Part shown: positions 60,399 through 64,000 of the stretch, in pieces
How the letters are laid out: every line of letters starts with the position of its first letter
How positions within the stretch are numbered: the stretch's first letter is position 1
Source: Raillietiella orientalis
Taxonomy: Eukaryota
Assembly: GCA_036172245.1 (NCBI GenBank)
Contig: JAYWIR010000011.1
Location: forward strand, 1,488,001-1,552,000
Reading direction: 5' to 3'
DNA: 64,000 nucleotides
Notes under the pieces: generated by a model
The model's input: the letters and a program-made list of their open reading frames with translations, nothing else
Databases searched by the model: none
Told to the model about the DNA's origin: nothing
Translations under genes and position numbers: made by a program

Positions 60399-63087
60399 GT
60401 GCAAAGGGGAGGGAAAAAGGAAGGGTCGATGACAGGGTGGAAGGGCGTGCGTAGTCGGGACTATCCAGTTCCTCTCAGGTCTGTGGGAGAGGATGGTCAC
60501 TTCCTCCATACGTGTGCCAAGGAGCGATACACAGGTGACCGCGAGCCGATCGAATGTCCGTCCGGAGGCGGCGCGCTCAGCTGTCCCTTCCGCGTTGGCG
60601 CGCGGCCTGCGCACGAACGACCGCGGGTAACCAGTCGACGACCACATACGGGCTGCTTGACCAAGGCACCCGTGCGCTGCAAGCTGCTACGCTTCGTCTC
60701 CGCAGTGGCGGGAATTCCGGACGCCCCCGAGACCGAAAGGGTTCCATTCCGTTATCGTCATGGAGACGGGGAGGAGGACGTGCCCTCAAGTGCACGAGAA
60801 AGACTCGATTTCGAACGCGCGCACCGTGCCTGTGTTGTGCACCACGAACCCTTCGGTGTGCACGTCTCAGCGCACCACGTGCCGTACATTGACGCAACCA
60901 TGAAGTGGAGTCTCACGGAGTTCTAAGGAGGAGCACGGGACCGGAGCAAAGGAGGAAAGGGGAGGGGGGCCGGAGGAGGTGCCCGAAGGGTGATGAGTAA
61001 GGAGGCTGATTCTGCCTCGGGTTTCGGAGCCTGGGATTCCTCGCAGGCTCCGGTCATCGAACTCGTTTCCGAGGTCCTTCACGAGCACGGGTCACGAGCC
61101 TTATCAAGCAGGATTGGGGTTGGTTCAAAGTGAGTTCCTTTTCTCTTTTAGCCCGCGGGGAACGTTCTCCTTCCTCGGGTAGTAAGCCCAACTGAAAGTT
61201 TCGTACGGAGCGGGCGAAAGGGGAGGAGGGCAGGGGAAGGTAGGTGATCATCCCCTTCTCTCTTCTCACGGTCCACCCGGAGGTGGAAGCGGTCGCAGGC
61301 GAGGCGGCGCCCAGGAAACTAAGCATGAAAGCGAATCGCGTCGCAGGCACTGCGTGTGTACCCACAACGGCTGCTTCTGCGACGCCAGAACCCACAGGCT
61401 GCAGAAATGCCTGCCACTGCATTCCTCCTTCCCTCCTCCTCTCATCCGCGGCGAGACCTGGGGAGCTCTCCGACTGTACGATGCCGCACCCCCTCACTCC
61501 GCTCGTTGGCTCAGGCTGGGAGGCCACGCTCGCAGAGATACGCACACAAACAGCCGGTGCCAAGTGCGCGAGCGCCCAACAGCAACGAGAGACCCTCTCC
61601 AAGCGCAGCGGATGCATCGCAAACTTTTGACCACATTCCTATGTCACGACTTCTCCACACCGGGAGCTTCCAGATCATCGGCACGCACCCAGGAGAAAAA
61701 TATCGCCTTGGCCTGCGAAGGTGGCTATCGTGTGGGTGCTATAAGCCACTGCCGACCGCATCCTCCCGCTCAGTCACATATGGACTCACGTGGCCCCATT
61801 GCACGTCATACTAAGTCAATGCAACTTCAAAAATCATTAAAAACTGATGTGACAAATGATGTGTTTGGATAATGGGACCCATCATATCAGTCTTATTCAG
61901 ACTTCCCTATTATCTCAACGCAAGTTGGCATTTCGACACACGTAGCGCTAACTGGGTGTTCTCGAAGGAAGTGCCATCCCATGGCATAAAGGGGTGCAAT
62001 GAATAATCAGCTATGAGGAAAGAAAAAAACACGCTTGCAGCGACACCCCTTGCAGAAGCTTCCAATAAACAGAAATTGCTCGAATTCGAGAAAACGGCTG
62101 AAAATCAAAGGCTAAAAATAAAAAAGTTGAACTGAACTTGGATTGTGCCCCAAGGTGTGCACAGGTTTGCATCTGGTGCAACTTGCATAGAAGAGGTGAG
62201 AATATATCAAGATTCATGGTGAAAAATCATCAGGTCAGTTCTGTCACAACTGTGGCAGAACGCTTTCTCTGATGGACAACATAAGTTTCCATATCACATC
62301 AGTGCATGCACAAATTTAAGTGGCCTGGTGTGGCCAGAAAAAATAGGAAAACGACACATTTGCTAGTGGACATGGAGTTGAGAATATTAAATTGACCTTG
62401 GTCCAAAGCACAGGAGGAACACACTCAATTAACGCAAAAAGTGTTATCAGAACTTTATTGCTTTGATGTGTGCAATTACATAGCTTGTTGCAGGAGGCTC
62501 TGCACTACTCTGGACTATCTTTCACAGTTATTATTTTGTTCCTTTGGGGCGCCCTTCGCCCCATCTTTATGGTGCTTCCTCCACTTGCTCGCTTTCTTCC
62601 GGTGAGAGAAGATTATAGTTATCAGAACAATTTCCGTTATTACTTGCTAATGATGCAGCATTGGCAAATAAATTGTCTATCATGGCTGAAAAATGTTTAA
62701 TATTGATGGGAAACTCGATGGATTTCTACACCAATGCATTCAATTGGACTGATCGGCCAAACTTACTGGAGCACTCATGCTTTAATTGTTATTAGCCATA
62801 CACCTCCTATATTTGCTATTGTTCAATGTAATACTTCACTGTATTTCAAACAGTAGTCTTTTACTACATAATAATAAACTCCACGCTACATCGGCTTACA
62901 AGTGCTTGGGTACTTAAAAATCACATTGGCAGAGGGAGTTTTGCCAGCAAATTGATATGCTCACCAAATAGTTAGACTCTACCATGACTAATCTGGCTCA
63001 AAGGAAGAGGTGTCATTACCAAATTTTCTTTAATGTATTCATGTTTGTTGTGGGAATTGAAAAACAAAAAACACCACAGCCATAGAA

Positions 63088-64000
63088 TCATAATGTCATT
63101 ATTGCTGTTTGAAGCAATTTTTCTTTCTTTTTCCTTTTCCGTTTCTTGTTCTGTAATTGTTGAGTTGCATCAGCAAATAGCATGACCTCTTGACCTTCTT
63201 CTATCTGCTGTTTAAGATGAGTCAGTCCTGCCAACACAAAGCCTGCTTTATCCTGAAAGCATACAGTGGAGGCAAAACCATGGTTCGCAAACAAACCTTC
63301 ATCTGAAGAACAGCATCATATGCCAATCTCTTAATGTCATCAATGATAGAAATAAGCATAGAATCATTACTAAACTGACGATGATGAATATGGAACACAA
63401 AAGTAATAACACGGCATATCCGTTCATCAGAAAGGCCATGTTTCAAAAGATCTGTTAGGGTGTACAGAAGCTGTTTCAAGTTGCTGTAGGGTAACACCAA
63501 CAGCACTTCCTCCAATTCACTACAACACAAATGGAAAGAATTTGTGAGCACTCAGATTACCTAGATTTGATAGAGTTAAGTACTTTGTGCACATAGTGGT
63601 GCACATCAGTTGTACCCATGGCTTGCATTAAAAGAGGCACAGGAGGTAAGGGCAGATCTTCATTATCACAGCCTTTCTGATGTTCTTGCAATTCAGCAAC
63701 ACGATTTGCATACACCTCCAAACATTCCATTAGCTTCTCCGCCTTGAACACACTAGAATACACAACCACCAGATTGGTATATGCTTACAGCTTTTTCAGT
63801 TGCTGAAGTACGTTTACTTGGTAAATCCACTTCCTGATTGGTCTCTTGCACCACTACATGCATTGCATCTCGTGCTAATCTTTCGTCCTCTTCTTGTTCC
63901 CTTTCCAGTTCTTGTTCCTCTTCCAAAATTAATAGTTCTCGAGTTTTCTTCCACAAACGTAGAGTTTTATCATGTGCTGCACTCACTACGAACTGGCCAG
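63088..64000 (-). CDS. WDR3: WD repeat protein 3 / UTP12 (SSU processome), 5'-partial; exons 63789->64000, 63561-63742, 63297-63519, 63088-63252
   Basis: SAAHDKTLRLWKKTRELLILEEEQELERE, EKAAEKLMECLE, Utp12-domain-like SSELEEVLLVLPYS...FVFHIHHRQF, and a basic tail KKRKRKKKEK. Short GT-AG introns with matching phase. Confidence 0.9.

Overview
Eukaryotic nuclear DNA from an invertebrate animal, most likely an arthropod judging from the SK-channel and Homer sequences and a T-armless mitochondrial-type tRNA. Seven spliced genes can be reconstructed from GT-AG junctions with consistent phases: the 3' part of a small-conductance Ca2+-activated K+ channel (SK/KCNN, +, 271-19923), Homer (-, 21755-31209), a CD151/TSPAN11-like tetraspanin (+, 35073-36506), a TMEM237-like gene (-, 39498 to about 40751), ATG5 (+, 46329-47344), PDSS2 (-, 47423-48737) and the 3' end of WDR3/UTP12 (-, 63088-64000). 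The window alternates between GC- and CpG-rich blocks with long introns and AT-rich, CpG-depleted blocks with 36-55 nt introns. The most notable observations are: (1) a mitochondrial nad3+trnR insertion (NUMT) 6 bp inside an SK intron, in frame with the upstream exon and stop-free in the standard code; (2) an array of G..A-loop hairpins next to a tRNA-derived head in Homer intron 1; (3) a long hairpin near 60.3 kb; and (4) candidate short or micro-exon Homer isoforms. Most long ORFs in the GC-rich blocks look spurious.
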